Below, piece by piece: positions 60,171-64,000 of a DNA stretch of 64,000 bases. The stretch spans positions 448,001-512,000 of the forward strand of contig OZ241744.1 of the NCBI GenBank assembly GCA_965200965.1, given 5' to 3'. Position 1 is the first letter of the stretch, and the number at the start of each line of letters is the position of its first letter. The translations under genes were made by a program, and so were the position numbers. The notes below the pieces were generated by a model. It was not told the origin of the DNA. It searched no databases and saw only the letters and a list, made by a program, of their open reading frames with translations. The DNA comes from an uncultured Candidatus Binatia bacterium (lineage in GTDB: Bacteria > Desulfobacterota > Binatia > Bin18).

Positions 60171-60222
60171 GCTTACTACCCGACAGGCCCGGGATCGGGA
60201 CAAGAAGACAGACAGGAGGAGT

Positions 60223-61455
60223 ATGATGAGCGCGCCGGTGTATGTGTTGGGCGGATACCAGACCGATTTTGCCCGCAACTGGATGAAAGAAGGCCGGACT
60301 ATTGTTGAGATGATCCAGGAGTCGGTCTCGGAAGGTTTCGCCGCGACCGGGCTTGCGCCCCGGGACCTTGATGTGGCTCACGTCGGGAACTTTGCCGCGG
60401 AACTGTACTGCAACCAGGGCCACCTCGGCGCTTTTCTGGCCGAGATAGACCCGGCCCTGTCCGGCATTCCGACCTCGCGCCACGAAGCCGCCTGCGCCTC
60501 AGGGAGTGTGTCGATGCTGATGGCCTCGGCCGAGATTGAGGCTGGCCGCTACGACTTGGCCCTGGTTGTCGGGGTGGAACAGATGAAGACGGTCGATCCC
60601 GCCACCGGCGGGGATTTTCTCGGTACCGCGGCCTGGTACGATCAAGAGGCCAAAGGCGTGGCGTTTGCCTTTCCCAAGCTGTTCGGCCAATTGGGCGACG
60701 TGTATGAGGAGCGCTACGGCCTCAAGGAAGAACACCTGACCCGGATTGCCGAGATCAACTATGCCAACGCCCGCCGCAACCCCCAGGCCCAGACCCGGGG
60801 CTGGTTTCCAGACGAGGGCCAGGACCTGTCTTCGGGCAAGTATGTGAATCCGGTGGCCGGCCGGCTGCGGGTGCGCGACTGCTCCCAGGTGACGGACGGG
60901 GCGAGTGCGATTTTCCTGGCTTCGGCAGCCTTCGCCAACACCTATGCCGACCGTCACGGCCTGAGCCCGGGCCGCCTGCCGCGGCTGCTTGGCTGGGGGC
61001 ACCGTACCGCGCCGATCAAGTTTGCTACCAAGATCGCCGAGAGCAACGACAATCCCTACATCCTGCCCCACACCCGACGGGCGATTGTCGATGCCTTTGA
61101 GCGGGCCGGGCTGCCGGACGTGTGGAGTGTGCAGGGCATTGAGACCCACGACTGTTTCACCACCTCTGAATACATGGCGATTGACCACTTTGGCCTGACC
61201 CGGCCCGGCGAGTCGTGGCAAGCGGTTGAAGCGGGCGTGATTGAGTTCGGCGGCACGCTGCCCATCAACGCCAGCGGGGGCCTGATTGGCTGTGGGCATC
61301 CGGTCGGCGCGACCGGCGTTCGTCAGGCGCTTGACGCCTATAAGCAGGTCACAGAGCAGGCCGGCGACTACCAGATTGACGCTGCCCGGAAAATTGCGAC
61401 TCTCAACATCGGCGGTTCAGGCACAACCAGTGTGGCCTTAGTGATCGGCCACTAA
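60223..61455 (+). CDS. thiolase-like (SCP2-type) acetyl-CoA acyltransferase
   Basis: EAACASG, ETHDCFT, NASGGLIGCGHPVGATG, NIGG. Confidence 0.9.
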   Translation: MMSAPVYVLGGYQTDFARNWMKEGRTIVEMIQESVSEGFAATGLAPRDLDVAHVGNFAAELYCNQGHLGAFLAEIDPALSGIPTSRHEAACASGSVSMLMASAEIEAGRYDLALVVGVEQMKTVDPATGGDFLGTAAWYDQEAKGVAFAFPKLFGQLGDVYEERYGLKEEHLTRIAEINYANARRNPQAQTRGWFPDEGQDLSSGKYVNPVAGRLRVRDCSQVTDGASAIFLASAAFANTYADRHGLSPGRLPRLLGWGHRTAPIKFATKIAESNDNPYILPHTRRAIVDAFERAGLPDVWSVQGIETHDCFTTSEYMAIDHFGLTRPGESWQAVEAGVIEFGGTLPINASGGLIGCGHPVGATGVRQALDAYKQVTEQAGDYQIDAARKIATLNIGGSGTTSVALVIGH

Positions 61456-61458
61456 GCC

Positions 61459-63003
<1,545 letters not shown>

Positions 63004-63018
63004 GTCCGGGCCTGGCTC

Positions 63019-64000
63019 CTAGCGAGAGACGGCTGAGGACGGGCTGGGGTACATGGCTTCAATCTGCTCCTGGCGGGTCTCAAGGACATGGCGGCGTTTG
63101 ATCTTGAGTGTTGGAGTCAGCTCTCCCCGGTCCTGAGAAAAGGGCTGGCTGAGGACGCTGAACTGGCGTATCCGGGCCGGTATCGGCAGGCTGGTATTGA
63201 CGGCGTTGACCCGGCGGCGAAACAGGCTCTGGACGGTCTGGTGGCTGAGGATGACCGGCCAATCGCCAGACACGCCCTTCTTGCGTGCCAGGGTCTCGAC
63301 GAGGGCTTGGTTGGGGACGAGCAGGGCGGTGATAAACGGTCGCTTGTCGCCGATGAGACAGGCTTCTTCGATCAGCGGGTCTTGTTTGAGGGCACTCTCA
63401 ATCGGCTGGGGGGCGATATTCTCCCCGGAGTCGGTAATAATCAGGTCTTTCTTGCGGTCGGTGATGGTGATGAAGCCGTCGGCGTCAATCTGAGCGATGT
63501 CGCCGGTGTGTAGCCAGCCGTTGGCGTCAATGGCGGCCGCGGTCTCCTCGGGTCGGCGGTAATAGCCGGCCATGATGTTGGGGCCGCGGGCGCAGAGTTC
63601 CCCATCCGCGGCAATGTTCACTTCGACCTGCGGAAAGGCCAGCCCGACTGTGCCGAGACGGGTCCGGCCCGGTCGGTTGCAGGAGATGACCGGCCCGGCC
63701 TCGGTCAGGCCATAGCCCTCGTACACGGGAATGCCGACCCCGTAGAAGAAGCGGGCGATCTCGGCGTTGAGCGGCGCGCCGCCCGAGACCACAAAGCGAA
63801 TGCGCCCGCCCAGCGTTTGGCGGAGTTTCTGGAACACCAAGCGGTCAAGGACTTGGAGTTGCAGACCTTGCAGGGCCGGAATCGCCCGTTCTTCCACCCG
63901 TCTGGTCCCGACGGAGTTGCCCAGGGCCAGGGCCCAGGCCAGAATCTGGCGCTTGGCAAAGCCGGCGCTTTCCCGTTCGCCGACCACACGGCGGTAGACC
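63019..64000 (-). CDS. long-chain acyl-CoA synthetase (5' part outside window)
   Basis: SGGAPL, EGYGLTE, WLHTGD, DRKKD, LTPTLKIKR. Confidence 0.92.
   Translation of the reverse strand, partial: VYRRVVGERESAGFAKRQILAWALALGNSVGTRRVEERAIPALQGLQLQVLDRLVFQKLRQTLGGRIRFVVSGGAPLNAEIARFFYGVGIPVYEGYGLTEAGPVISCNRPGRTRLGTVGLAFPQVEVNIAADGELCARGPNIMAGYYRRPEETAAAIDANGWLHTGDIAQIDADGFITITDRKKDLIITDSGENIAPQPIESALKQDPLIEEACLIGDKRPFITALLVPNQALVETLARKKGVSGDWPVILSHQTVQSLFRRRVNAVNTSLPIPARIRQFSVLSQPFSQDRGELTPTLKIKRRHVLETRQEQIEAMYPSPSSAVSR

Overview
GC-rich bacterial chromosome segment; gene content and order suggest a Deltaproteobacteria/Binatota-like lineage (inference). The housekeeping backbone is panBC-smpB-ssrA-nudC, amtB, yjbQ-dxr-hpnD, ribB(A/X), hslO, aroE, ppdK, recO, grpE-dnaK-dnaJ-thiL-larB, a CLC channel, rpsU-dnaG-tRNA(CAT), rnpB, folE and asnS, followed by a CoA-transferase/amidase/thiolase catabolic block. 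The most notable structure is at 3261-10156. The interval between nudC and a fused HsdM-HsdS gene occurs twice in tandem, joined at a 10-bp microhomology (ATGGCGGTTG) shared by nudC and hsdS. Both units keep the same three gene-3'-end anchors (nudC, a NYN nuclease, hsdS) but carry completely different defence-like cargo, with GTAG-type REP palindromes at cassette edges and no integrase in the window. Other observations: several gene ghosts that keep only their N- and C-termini, an in-frame HicB'-'HicA chimera, an AMIN-TolC fusion, a candidate leader RNA before yjbQ-dxr-hpnD, and no rpoD after dnaG. Several single-base frameshifts in conserved genes may be sequencing or assembly errors. All family assignments come from motif recognition only; no searches were run.
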